54,673 bases of DNA from Sphaerobacteraceae bacterium. Lineage in GTDB: Bacteria > Chloroflexota > Chloroflexia > Thermomicrobiales > UBA6265. The notes beneath the pieces were generated by a model. It saw only the letters and a program-made list of their open reading frames with translations. It was not told the DNA's origin and made no database searches. Location: positions 1 through 54,673 of the forward strand of contig JADDPH010000093.1 in NCBI GenBank assembly GCA_016781925.1. Direction: 5' to 3'. Positions 9,578-19,044 of the stretch are shown piece by piece (within the stretch, counting starts at the first letter, position 1; the number at the start of each line of letters is the position of its first letter). The position numbers and the translations under genes are program-made.

Positions 9578-10452
9578 CCCTCCACCAAGGCCGGCGCTTG
9601 CTCGGTCAGCATCACCCACTCCGCGACGGACAGGGTTTGGGCGCGCCGCATTGGGTCGATGCCTGCCTCCGTCAGCCAGCGGTTAACTTCCTCCTTGGGA
9701 AGCGCCAACTCCGCGGCGAGTGAGTTGGCGACCTGCTTGCGCTTCTGCCGGAATCCGGCATTGACCACCTGGAAGAAGCGCCGGTGGTCTTCCTCCGGAA
9801 GCAACGGACGGGGATGGACATCGAGGATGACGACGGACGACTCGACCTTTGGCGGCGGGATGAAGACCGTCGGTGGGACATCGAACGCGATCCGCGCCGC
9901 CGCGTAGAACTGGGCGGCGACGCCCAGGATGGTCAGATTTGGCGGAGTCCCAACGAGTCGCTCGGCCACCTCCTTTTGCAGCATCAGGGCGAGGCGACGG
10001 GGACGGTGTGGCTGCTCGAGGAGATGCCGCAGCACGGCCGACGCGACCGCGTAGGGCAAGTTCGCGGCGACCATGAAATCCCGGTCGGCCGGGATCACGT
10101 CGGCGGTCGGGATCTCAAGGGCGTTCCCTTCGATCAAGGCGAAGTTCGGGCGGTCTCCGAAGGCGATCCTCAGGTGCTCAGCGAGGCGCCTGTCCAACTC
10201 GATCGCCGTCACAGCGCCAGCCCGGATCAGCAACTCGTCGGTGAGGATGCCAAGACCCGGTCCAATCTCCAGCACGAGGTCTTCCCGACCAATGCCAGCA
10301 GCCCGGACCATTCGCTGGACGATGCCGCGTTCGTAGAGAAAGTTTTGCCCCAAGCCCTTGCTCGGTCGGACGCCAAGGCGGTCGAGGAGCGCCGTCCACT
10401 CCCTCCGAGAGGTCGGCAGGGGAGAGCCAGCGGCTGGGCTCGGCGCGCTCAT
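9574..10452 (-). CDS. rsmA: 16S rRNA adenine dimethyltransferase KsgA
   Basis: KGLGQNFL, LEIGPGLG, ANLPY, QKEVAERL, FIPPPKVES and RKQ motifs. Confidence 0.95.
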   Translation of the reverse strand: MSAPSPAAGSPLPTSRREWTALLDRLGVRPSKGLGQNFLYERGIVQRMVRAAGIGREDLVLEIGPGLGILTDELLIRAGAVTAIELDRRLAEHLRIAFGDRPNFALIEGNALEIPTADVIPADRDFMVAANLPYAVASAVLRHLLEQPHRPRRLALMLQKEVAERLVGTPPNLTILGVAAQFYAAARIAFDVPPTVFIPPPKVESSVVILDVHPRPLLPEEDHRRFFQVVNAGFRQKRKQVANSLAAELALPKEEVNRWLTEAGIDPMRRAQTLSVAEWVMLTEQAPALVEG

Positions 10453-11378
10453 CCTGCGAGGACCAGACGGCGCGGTTCGACAGTGAAGGTGACCGGCGTG
10501 CGGCCGACGACCTCCCCGTCGAGTTGAACGAGCGCCGGTTGGGAGGGGGGACCTTCGACCCGAATGGAGCGGACCTTCGCCGTCGTAAACTTTGGGTGGC
10601 CAAGGTGGGTGCCGCGGTAGACCTTCGGCACATTGCGGAGGAGGTCCGCTTTGGAGAGGTCACCGAGGATCGCCAGGTCGAGCAAGCCGTCCTCGGGGTC
10701 CGCCATCGGAGCGATAAGCATCCCGCCGCCGAAGTAGCGACCGTTCGCCGCGAGGACTGAGCAGACGGGTCCTGTCAGGCAACAAACATCCGCGACCACG
10801 GAGACCTCGATATTGCGGTATTGAGCGAGGGAAGCGCCGACGCTGGCGAGGTACGCGAGGGTTGCTCCGGGCAGCCGGGATTGAGCCGCCCGCTGCGCCA
10901 CGACGGCGTCGAATCCGAGACCGGCCACGTTGACGAAAGCGCGAGATGAGCCATCATCGAAGGTGGCTCGTCCGATGTCGACCCCGCGGCGTCGCCCACC
11001 GATCAGTCGCTCCAACGTCAGCTCTGTTCCGTCACCACGACCGGTACTGCGCGCGAAGTCGCTTCCTCGACCGGCCGGGAGGACTCCCAGGGCGGTATTA
11101 CTGCCATCGTCCAGGAGGCCATTGGCCACCTCATTGACCGTGCCATCGCCCCCAACCGCGATCACCAAATGGTAACCACGATCGGCAAACACGCGCGCTA
11201 CTGACGTGGCCTCTCCTGGTGCGGCGGTGACGTGGACATGGTGGAGGCAGCGCAGGCGGGACAGCGTGGCCACGATCAGAGGGAGCTGGGTCAAGGCTCG
11301 GCCGCTCCCAGCCGTGGGGTTAAGGATCACGCCGATCCGATGCTCGCCCTCGCGGGAACGGGAGCCGGAAGCCATCAC
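10449..11378 (-). CDS. Diacylglycerol kinase family (YegS/DgkB-like) lipid kinase
   Basis: NPTAGSG, GGDGTVNEV, LPAGRGSDFA, GLGFDA, NGRYFGGG and QLDGE motifs. Confidence 0.92.
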   Translation of the reverse strand: MMASGSRSREGEHRIGVILNPTAGSGRALTQLPLIVATLSRLRCLHHVHVTAAPGEATSVARVFADRGYHLVIAVGGDGTVNEVANGLLDDGSNTALGVLPAGRGSDFARSTGRGDGTELTLERLIGGRRRGVDIGRATFDDGSSRAFVNVAGLGFDAVVAQRAAQSRLPGATLAYLASVGASLAQYRNIEVSVVADVCCLTGPVCSVLAANGRYFGGGMLIAPMADPEDGLLDLAILGDLSKADLLRNVPKVYRGTHLGHPKFTTAKVRSIRVEGPPSQPALVQLDGEVVGRTPVTFTVEPRRLVLAG

Positions 11379-12424
11379 TCGACGAGGACGCCCACGCCGG
11401 GCACGATGTCACCGATCTCCCACAGTGGAAGATCGACCGCGGCAAATGCGGAGCGCAGTGCAGCGCTCCGCTCGACCGGCACGGTCAGGAGCAGGCCGCC
11501 GGAGGTCTCGGGGTCGTAGAGGAGGGCGTTCAAGTCCGCGCCGACGCTTGGCAGAACCGTCACTGCGCCGCCCGTCTCTACCCCGAAATGGGTCCGATTG
11601 CGCTGCATCCCACCCGGTAGATGTCCTGCGGCGGCACTTTCTACAGCGCCCGGCAGGAGAGGCACAGCCGCCGCCTGAATACGAAGGCGAACGCCGCTCT
11701 TCGCGGCCACCTCGGAGGCGTGGCCCAGCAGACCGAACCCGGTAATGTCGGTGCAAGCGTTGATGCCGACCTGGCGCACCGCCTCACTCGCCGCCAGGTT
11801 GAGGGTCAGCATCGACTCAATCGCCGCCGCCGCGTGCTCCGGAGCCGCCGCGCCGTTTTTCATTGCGGTGGTGATCGCACCAGTGCCCAGCGGTTTGGTG
11901 AGGAAGAGCGCATCCCCTTCCTTCGCCCCGGCCTTCGTCAAAATCTGATCGGGGTGGATGGAACCGGTCACGCAGAGGCCGTACTTGGGCTCGGGGTCAG
12001 TGACCGTATGGCCCCCGGCAATGATGCCGCCGGCCTCGCCGACCTTGCTGGCGCCGCCCTCGAAGATCGCCGAGAGAATCTCGCCCGGCAGATCGGACGG
12101 GAACGCCGCGATGTTCAGCGCGAGCAGCACCTCCCCGCCCATGGCGTAGACATCGCTCATGCTGTTGGCGGCGGCAATAGCTCCGTACGTAAACGGGTCA
12201 TCGACGACGGGGGGGAAAAAGTCCACGGTTTGGATGATCGCGCGGTCGGCGGACAGCCGGAAGACGGCCGCGTCATCACTGGTCTGCAGGCCGACCAGGA
12301 GATCCGGATGGGTGTGGGGCGTCAAGGGGCGCAGCACCTGCGCCAGGGCCGCGGGGCCCATCTTGGACGCTCAGCCGGCGCTCCGGGCCAGCGTGGTGAG
12401 GCGAATCTCGTCCCTCGTTTGCAC
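11375..12424 (-). CDS. selD: Selenide, water dikinase (selenoprotein; Sec encoded by UGA at codon 18)
   Basis: From GTG 12424 (AAGGA RBS) the frame reads MQTRDEIRLTTLARSAG-UGA(12371-12373)-ASKMGP, continuing in frame into DDAAV, QTVDFF, AANSMSDVYAMGG, GGHT, TDITGFGLLGH and DPETSGGLL. The UGA aligns with E. coli SelD catalytic Cys17. Confidence 0.92.
12328..12344 (-). promoter_or_regulatory. Putative bacterial SECIS hairpin
   Basis: GGCGCAG-GUG-CUGCGCC perfect stem; the G-containing loop lies ~34 nt 3' of the UGA. Confidence 0.6.
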
Positions 12425-12487
12425 GGCCGTTCCTTCTGGTCCATCGATCCACCGCCCGCGGCGCCCCGGGCAAGGTACCATCGGTCG

Positions 12488-12516
12488 ATAGTAGGCGCCG
12501 ACTTGCAGGACGTCAA
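12488..12516 (-). promoter_or_regulatory. sigma70-type promoter for the selD operon
   Basis: TTGACG-17 nt-TACTAT on minus. Confidence 0.6.
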
Positions 12517-12629
12517 ACTGAGTCGCGGCCGCCTCGTGGTGTCTGTCTCGGCAAAGAAGGATAACGAAGGCGGCACATGGGAGCACGGTTGCTCCAAGTG
12601 GCGCGACGCCGCAAGGCAGGGAGGACTCG

Positions 12630-13469
12630 ATGGTCGGTCCAGGGCTCACCACCGACGACGTCATGACAGTCGCGCTGGAGATGGCTGGGATGCAGCGGAT
12701 CCCCGACGATAGCGCGATCTACGTCGCGGGACAGGGTCTGCGGCGGGTGCTGATGGGGGTTGACATCGGCGCGGCGGAATTGCTCCTAGCCCGCCAACTC
12801 GGCGTGGACGGGGTGATCGCGCACCACCCGGCCGGTAGCACGGCGACCCTGCGATTTCCGAGGGTGCTCGGTCGACAGGTTGAATTCATGGTTGAGGCAG
12901 GAGTCCCGGCCGAAGAAGCTCGGAATGTCGTTCAGCCGGCGATCTCCCGCGGGATGTTGCGCGCCCAGGCGGCCAACTTCGACCACACCCCTTCGGCGGC
13001 ACGACTCCTCGGGATGCCGTTCCTCAACGTTCATCTACCGTTGGACGAGGTCGGACGCCGGATCATGGTCGAGGCAATCGAGCGTCACACGGAAAGCCTT
13101 GGGCGGGAGCCGACGGTGGCCGACATCGTGGACGCTCTCAGCACCATCCCGGAAATTCGGGATGCACCAACCGGGGTGATGGTTCCCGTCGGCCGGCTGG
13201 ACCGTCCCGCTGGCCGGGTCGTCGTCTTCCACGGCGCCGGGACGAATGGCGGGTTTCCGGTGGCTCAAGCCCTGGCCAGGGCCGGCGTGGGCACCGTCAT
13301 CTATATCCATGTCGCCGCCGAGGAAGCCGATCGCCTGCGCGCTCTAAAGCTCGACACGTTCAGCCTGGTCGTCTCCGGGCACATTGCCTCCGATCTGATC
13401 GGTATCAACCTCTTCGTCGCTGAGCTCGAGCGGCGGGGGGTCGAAGTCATCCGGATGAGCGGGCTGTAG
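12630..13469 (+). CDS. NIF3/DUF34-like dinuclear metal-binding protein
   Basis: GVDIG, DGVIAHHP, NVHLPLD and GHIASD motifs; GGAGG RBS. Confidence 0.7.
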   Translation: MVGPGLTTDDVMTVALEMAGMQRIPDDSAIYVAGQGLRRVLMGVDIGAAELLLARQLGVDGVIAHHPAGSTATLRFPRVLGRQVEFMVEAGVPAEEARNVVQPAISRGMLRAQAANFDHTPSAARLLGMPFLNVHLPLDEVGRRIMVEAIERHTESLGREPTVADIVDALSTIPEIRDAPTGVMVPVGRLDRPAGRVVVFHGAGTNGGFPVAQALARAGVGTVIYIHVAAEEADRLRALKLDTFSLVVSGHIASDLIGINLFVAELERRGVEVIRMSGL

Positions 13470-13596
13470 ATGACGGTTCTGAGCGAGACCGCGACGCAGG
13501 CCCCTGATCTACCTGGCATGGTCTGTGCAGCACAGACTGACGCCGAATGCCGATCGTTTGATTGGCTGGCACCGCAACCGAGGTAGGAGGACCTTC

Positions 13597-13899
13597 ATGG
13601 AGGAACGCGATTCGGCGGGCAAGGCGACCGTGCCGACACCCGGTACGCCTGCAGCTCCAGTCCAACTTGACCCGTTGGCAGGTCAGGCTGAGCCGGCTGA
13701 TGTGCCCGCGCCTATGGCATCGGGCGGAATCGGCGGTGTTAACGACGGGACCCAGGTCACCCACCATTCGCCCACGCCTGTTCCGGGCAAACCAATGGCC
13801 CCGATCGCCACGGACCCGGCCGGCAATGACACCCTGGAAGGTCAGGCGATGGATCCGCCCGCCGGCAGCGCGCATGCTGAACGGGGTGGCTCCGGTTGA
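13597..13899 (+). CDS. Hypothetical Pro/Ala-rich protein
   Basis: Strong AGGAGG RBS; stop overlaps the start of the next gene. Confidence 0.6.
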   Translation: MEERDSAGKATVPTPGTPAAPVQLDPLAGQAEPADVPAPMASGGIGGVNDGTQVTHHSPTPVPGKPMAPIATDPAGNDTLEGQAMDPPAGSAHAERGGSG

Positions 13900-14258
13900 A
13901 CGAGGAGCGTCCATGGCCCGAAGCCAGCAACGAGGCCTTCCACCTCACCCCAACTAAGGTCTGGGAGCGCCAGGCGGACGCGGACGGGTATCTCCCGGAG
14001 GCGTACGACGTGGACGGCTTCATCCATCTGACCATCGGTGAGGTCAATCTCCTCGCCGTGGCCAACGCCTTCTATCAGAACGACTATCGCGCCCACGTGG
14101 TCCTGGTGTTGGACCTGGGCCGGTTGACCGCCCCCGTCCGGTTCGAGGACGAGGGACACATCTACCCCCATGTCTATGGTCCGCTCAATCGTGATGCGGT
14201 GGTAGATGTGCGGCGAACGATCAGGCTGGCTGACGGCTCGTTCATCGGGATTGAGTAA
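13896..14258 (+). CDS. DUF952 domain protein
   Basis: DGFIHLT and FED..YPHVYGPLNRDAV motifs. Confidence 0.88.
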   Translation: MNEERPWPEASNEAFHLTPTKVWERQADADGYLPEAYDVDGFIHLTIGEVNLLAVANAFYQNDYRAHVVLVLDLGRLTAPVRFEDEGHIYPHVYGPLNRDAVVDVRRTIRLADGSFIGIE

Positions 14259-14476
14259 GAGACTCAGCTTCTGAATCGGCACTGTGGTTCGGGCCAATCT
14301 CCCTGCTGTAGCTGACAAGGTGTGGCGAGTGTGCCGCATCGCGAAGGTTGCCCCACGGTAGCCTCGCGATTGGCCGCGCACGCATGGACGAACGATGATT
14401 GCTTCCGCGGCACTGGCAACCAGGGACGCGGGCGTCTTTGGTTGCTGTCTGGGCCCCTTTTGATGTGGGAGGATCC

Positions 14477-16720
14477 TTGTTCGCGTTCCTCGGCGGGTTT
14501 GCCTATCGATGGCGGTGGTTCGTCGTCAGCGCATGGGCGCTCTTGTTTCTTGCTGCCGTGCCCGTGTTGCCACATATCGAGCGGCCACTCAAGGTGGGCG
14601 GCTTCTCCTCCCCGGAGATCGAATCGGCTCGCGCGCGGGAGATCTTGGAGCGGGAGTTAGGTCTCGCCCCCTCAACCCTGGTGATCATCTTCCAGAGCGA
14701 GCGCCTGGTCGCGAGCGAGCCTGCATTCTTCGCGCAGGTGGAGGACGCACTGGCCGGCCTACCCTCGCTGCCCCACGTAACGGACATTCTGCTGCCCGCC
14801 GACGATCGCCATCTCGTCTCCCCGGACGGCAGGACCGCCTACGCCCTCGTCGGGATTGACCTTCCGCCGGAAGAAGCCCAGCGTGACGTCCCGGCCTACG
14901 AGGCGTCGCTGCGCCCGCAGCCTGATCTCTCGACCTTGGTGGCGGGGGCGCCGGCCTTCTACGCCGACATCGAGACGGTCAGCCAGCGGGATCTCCGGCG
15001 GGCGGAGTTGATCGCTTTTCCGTTTGCTCTCCTCGCCCTGCTGCTTGTCTTCGGGTCGGCAGTCGCCGCGGTGGTGCCGCTGGCTGTTGGTGGTCTCGGG
15101 GTGGCGGCCGTGTTGCTGTCGCTCTATGGAATCGCCCACATCATCGACCTCTCGATCTTTGTCCTCAACCTGGCGACGATGCTCGGGCTCGGCTTGGCGG
15201 TGGACTATTCGTTGTTCGTCACCAGCCGTTTCCGGGAGGAGCTGGTCGCGCAACGAGGTGATGTCCCCCGGGCGGTCGAGCGGGCGATCGCGATGGCGGG
15301 TCGGGCCGTCTTCTTCTCAGGCCTGACCGTGTTGATTGGCCTGTCCGGATTGTCGTTCTTCTCGTTCATGTTTTTGCGGTCGGTCGGCATCTCCGGCGTC
15401 GTGGTGGTGTTCTTCTCGACCCTGGCCGCGCTCACGTTGCTCCCAGCCATTCTCGGAATCGTCGGCACCCGGATCGACCGCCTCCGCATCGTTCGATTCC
15501 GGGGCTCGGGCACCGACCGTGACGTCGAGGATGGTTTCTGGGCCGCCCTCTCCCGGCGGGTCATGGCGCGTCCGGTCCTGGTGCTCATCCCCACGCTGGC
15601 CCTCCTGCTCCTGCTCGGTGCTCCGTTCCTCGGTGTGAACGTCTCATCGCCCGATGGGACGATCCTGCCGAAAGACCTCCCCTCGCGTCAGGGGTTTGAC
15701 ATTCTGACGGAGGAGTACGGCGCGGGTGAGATCTCGCCCTTCGTGATCGCCATTCAATCGCCGACGTCTGTGTTCCGGCCGGAGAACGTGGCGGCGATCT
15801 ACGATTTCACCACCAAGCTCGCGCAGGACCCGCGAGTGACGCGGGTCCAGAGCATTACCTCGTACGAGCGACCGGTCAGCCGGGAGCAGGCGGTAGCCCT
15901 CCTTGGCGCGCGACGCGCGTTGGACCGTTTTGGCGTCGACACCAGCGTGGGTCAGCTGGCCAACGACCGGACGGCTTTGGTCCTTGCCTACACCCGATAC
16001 CTCGCCAACGATGACCGCAACCACGATCTGCTTGCCGAGGTTCGTGGAACAACGCTCGGTGGGGATCTGACAATGCTCACGGACGGCGGTACGGCCGAAA
16101 TTGTGGATATCGTGGATCTGATGTATCGCGACTTTCCGCGGGCAGTTGCCCTGATCGTCATCGCGACCTATCTCGTGCTCCTCATCCTCTTTCGGTCAGT
16201 GTTGCTGCCCCTCAAGGCGATCGCGATGAACACTCTGTCTATCCTGGCCTCCTATGGGGCGCTGGTCTGGGTCTTCCAGGAGGGCCACCTGAGCGGGCTG
16301 CTGCGATTCACGCCGCTGGGATTCGTCGAAGCCTCCTTGCCGGTGATCATGTTTTGCGTCTTGTTCGGCCTCAGCATGGACTACGAGGTCTTCCTCCTCT
16401 CCCGGGTGCGGGAGGAGTGGGAGCGGACAGGGGACAACGAGCGGAGCGTGGCCTTGGGGCTCCAGCGGAGCGGCAGGATCATCACGAGCGCTGCCCTGAT
16501 CGTGGTGGTGGTGACCGCATCCTTTGTCACGGCGGACGTCATCTTGATCAAGGCGCTCGGTCTTGGCATCGCGCTCGCGGTCTTCCTGGATGCGACGGTC
16601 GTGCGGGCGCTGCTCGTGCCGGCAACGATGCGCTTGCTCGGCCGCTGGAACTGGTGGATGCCGTCGCGGCTGCAACGCGCCCTGCCTGGACGGTCACTGA
16701 TGGAGAAATCGGTATCGTGA
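14477..16720 (+). CDS. MMPL-family RND transporter
   Basis: GLGLAVDYSLFVTSRFREE, AGRAVFFSG, FGLSMDYEVFLLSRVREE, SGRIITSAA and LLGRWNWW; TTG start after GGAGG. Confidence 0.93.
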   Translation: MFAFLGGFAYRWRWFVVSAWALLFLAAVPVLPHIERPLKVGGFSSPEIESARAREILERELGLAPSTLVIIFQSERLVASEPAFFAQVEDALAGLPSLPHVTDILLPADDRHLVSPDGRTAYALVGIDLPPEEAQRDVPAYEASLRPQPDLSTLVAGAPAFYADIETVSQRDLRRAELIAFPFALLALLLVFGSAVAAVVPLAVGGLGVAAVLLSLYGIAHIIDLSIFVLNLATMLGLGLAVDYSLFVTSRFREELVAQRGDVPRAVERAIAMAGRAVFFSGLTVLIGLSGLSFFSFMFLRSVGISGVVVVFFSTLAALTLLPAILGIVGTRIDRLRIVRFRGSGTDRDVEDGFWAALSRRVMARPVLVLIPTLALLLLLGAPFLGVNVSSPDGTILPKDLPSRQGFDILTEEYGAGEISPFVIAIQSPTSVFRPENVAAIYDFTTKLAQDPRVTRVQSITSYERPVSREQAVALLGARRALDRFGVDTSVGQLANDRTALVLAYTRYLANDDRNHDLLAEVRGTTLGGDLTMLTDGGTAEIVDIVDLMYRDFPRAVALIVIATYLVLLILFRSVLLPLKAIAMNTLSILASYGALVWVFQEGHLSGLLRFTPLGFVEASLPVIMFCVLFGLSMDYEVFLLSRVREEWERTGDNERSVALGLQRSGRIITSAALIVVVVTASFVTADVILIKALGLGIALAVFLDATVVRALLVPATMRLLGRWNWWMPSRLQRALPGRSLMEKSVS

Positions 16721-17850
16721 TGCGTTTGGTGGCCGTCCGAGGACCCCGGGAGCGCTCCGTCCGCGCCCTGGCGTGTGTTGTCCTTGCCTGCCTGCTTCAG
16801 GAAGCGATTGCGCCGGGCTTGGGAGTTCTAGCCTCTGCCGGCCGGGTGGAAACGCCGTTGCCGGAAGCGGAGCCTGGGATCAATGACGCGCCGATGCCCG
16901 TCACGTTCCCCCGGGACGACGGTCCCCACGATGTCCCGCTGGAGTGGTGGTACTACACCGGGCATCTCTGGACAGAGGACGGTCGGCGCTTTGGGTTTGA
17001 GCAGGTGTTCTTCAAGGCGCAGCGAGCCTCTGGAGATGGGGTCGGCCTCGTCTCCCACGTCGCCATCACCGACAACGAGCGCCGCGTCTTCCAGTACGAC
17101 CAAAGGATCTCCATCCTCCCCGCCCTGCGAACACCGGATACCGGCTTCGATCTCGCGATTGGCAACTGGTCGATGCGCGGCGCGAATGGCGAGGATCGGC
17201 TCGTCGCCAGCACAGAAGCGTACAACCTGGTTCTCGCGTTGCGGTCGACTAAGCCGCCGGCCCTTCACGACGGCGATGGCTACATCGACTACGGCAACGG
17301 ACAGGCGTCCTATTACTACTCCCGGACCCGGATGGCGGTGACGGGCACGCTGGCGGTCAACGGCAAAGGAGAGCGGATTACCGGTGAGGCGTGGATGGAT
17401 CACCAGTGGGGTGACTTCACGACGTACCAGGACGGTGGCTGGGACTGGTACAGCCTCCAACTGGAAGACGGGACAGACGTGATGCTCTATGTGATCCGGA
17501 CCCTGGATGGCAGCCCCTTGATCGTCGACGGTTCGGTGGTGGATGCCAAAGGAACGCTGACGGTCCTCGACCGTGAGGACTTCCGGGCGGTCTCGACCGG
17601 GACCTGGACCAGCCCCGCGACGGGCATCACCTACCCCTCTGGATGGACCGTGGATGTGCCCGTTGTGGGATTGTCACTGACCCTCGAGCCCTCTATGGAA
17701 GATCAGGAACTAGATACCCGCCAAACCACCCAGGTGGTCTACTGGGAGGGTGAGGTTGTCGTTCAAGGCACGCGCAACGGACACCCGATCCGCGGCTTCG
17801 GTTACGTGGAGCTCACGGGCTACGACCACCCCGACGACCTCGTGGCATGA
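16717..17850 (+). CDS. Secreted AttH/CrtC (carotenoid 1,2-hydratase)-like lipocalin-fold protein
   Basis: FPRDDGPH, EWWYYTG, SYYYS, AWMDHQW, GWDWYSLQL, YWEG and GYVELTGY; GTGA overlap with the MMPL gene. Confidence 0.88.
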   Translation: MMRLVAVRGPRERSVRALACVVLACLLQEAIAPGLGVLASAGRVETPLPEAEPGINDAPMPVTFPRDDGPHDVPLEWWYYTGHLWTEDGRRFGFEQVFFKAQRASGDGVGLVSHVAITDNERRVFQYDQRISILPALRTPDTGFDLAIGNWSMRGANGEDRLVASTEAYNLVLALRSTKPPALHDGDGYIDYGNGQASYYYSRTRMAVTGTLAVNGKGERITGEAWMDHQWGDFTTYQDGGWDWYSLQLEDGTDVMLYVIRTLDGSPLIVDGSVVDAKGTLTVLDREDFRAVSTGTWTSPATGITYPSGWTVDVPVVGLSLTLEPSMEDQELDTRQTTQVVYWEGEVVVQGTRNGHPIRGFGYVELTGYDHPDDLVA

Positions 17851-17889
17851 CAAACTGTTGATCCAGACGTGATGAGAGACGAGGGAAGC

Positions 17890-19044
17890 ATGGCCAAGAA
17901 GCCAAAATTGGAGATCCCCGGCCTCGATATCGCCAGGGCGAAACAGTACAGCCGCGTTCGCCTTGGCGTGCTCTTGCTTGGAACCGCGTGGTCCATTGGA
18001 CGGATGGCCTGGCTCGGACTCGGCGGGCGATCCGCTCGACTGCGAGATGTGACCCGCAACCGCGTCCCGGACGAACGCCTGGCGACCCCGACGTTCGTCG
18101 CCGCGATGGCACTGGGCTCCTGGGTCTCCGGGTTGCCCCTCTCCTACCTCGGCGGCCATCGAATCGAGCGGCGGTTCGGGCTCACCAAGCAGACCTCCCG
18201 GGGCTGGTTCTTGGACAGTCTCAAGGGGTTCCTGCTGGGATTGGTGTTCGAGGTGCCGTTGACCACGGCGGCGTACGCCGTCATACGCCGCCGACCGCGT
18301 GATGGATGGGCCATTCTGGCAGGCGCCGCGGTGCCCCTCTCCGTGGCCTTGAGCAACCTGGCTCCGGTGCTGATCCTGCCGCTCTTCAATCGGTTCGAGC
18401 GCCTGGAGGACGAGCCGCTCGTGGGGCGGATCAAACGTTTGGGCGAGCGAGCGGGGGTACCGATCGCCGACGTCTACCGGATGGATATGAGCCGCCAAAC
18501 GCAGAAGGCCAACGCATTTTTCACGGGATTGGGTAACACGAAGCGGATTGTGCTCGGCGACACGATGATTGACCAGTTCACACCGGAGGAGATTGAGGGC
18601 GTCGTGGCTCACGAGCTGGGGCACCAGGTTCATGGAGACATCTGGCGGCTCGTGGCGCTGGGAGGCGCCTACGGGTTTGGGGGAGCCTATGCCGTGCACC
18701 GCCTAGCGCCCCCGTTTATTGCCCGCACTGGGCAACAGAGCCGGATCAAGGGGATAGACGACGAAGCCTCTTTGCCACTCATCGGCTTGGTGACAACGCT
18801 GGTTGCGTTCGCCGCCGCGCCAATCCAGGCTGCGATTAGCCGCGCCATCGAGCGGCGGACCGACCGTTTCGCTCTGGCGCTGACTGGGTCAGGGAGAGCC
18901 TACGCGGCCACGATGCGGCGTTTGGCAACCCAAAATCTGGCCGACCCCGACCCGCCGCGCCTCGTCGTCTTCTTTCTAGGAAGTCACCCGCCAATTGCGG
19001 AGCGCATTGCCACGGCCGAGGCGTTCACCTCCGACGGAGGGTAG
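17890..19044 (+). CDS. M48 (Ste24-like) zinc metallopeptidase
   Basis: ANAFFTG, RIVLGDT, AHELGH, E..D and SHPPIAERI motifs. Confidence 0.93.
   Translation: MAKKPKLEIPGLDIARAKQYSRVRLGVLLLGTAWSIGRMAWLGLGGRSARLRDVTRNRVPDERLATPTFVAAMALGSWVSGLPLSYLGGHRIERRFGLTKQTSRGWFLDSLKGFLLGLVFEVPLTTAAYAVIRRRPRDGWAILAGAAVPLSVALSNLAPVLILPLFNRFERLEDEPLVGRIKRLGERAGVPIADVYRMDMSRQTQKANAFFTGLGNTKRIVLGDTMIDQFTPEEIEGVVAHELGHQVHGDIWRLVALGGAYGFGGAYAVHRLAPPFIARTGQQSRIKGIDDEASLPLIGLVTTLVAFAAAPIQAAISRAIERRTDRFALALTGSGRAYAATMRRLATQNLADPDPPRLVVFFLGSHPPIAERIATAEAFTSDGG

Noticed and set aside
12371-12664. Separate 97-aa ORF, or selD as a pseudogene
   Set aside because: The UGA falls exactly at the catalytic Cys/Sec position with a SECIS-like hairpin, so it is the selD N-terminus.
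14251-14267. TTGAGT-N5-ACTCAG as a second HAIR-like site
   Set aside because: It overlaps the DUF952 stop codon, has different spacing and is imperfect; probably chance or a small hairpin.
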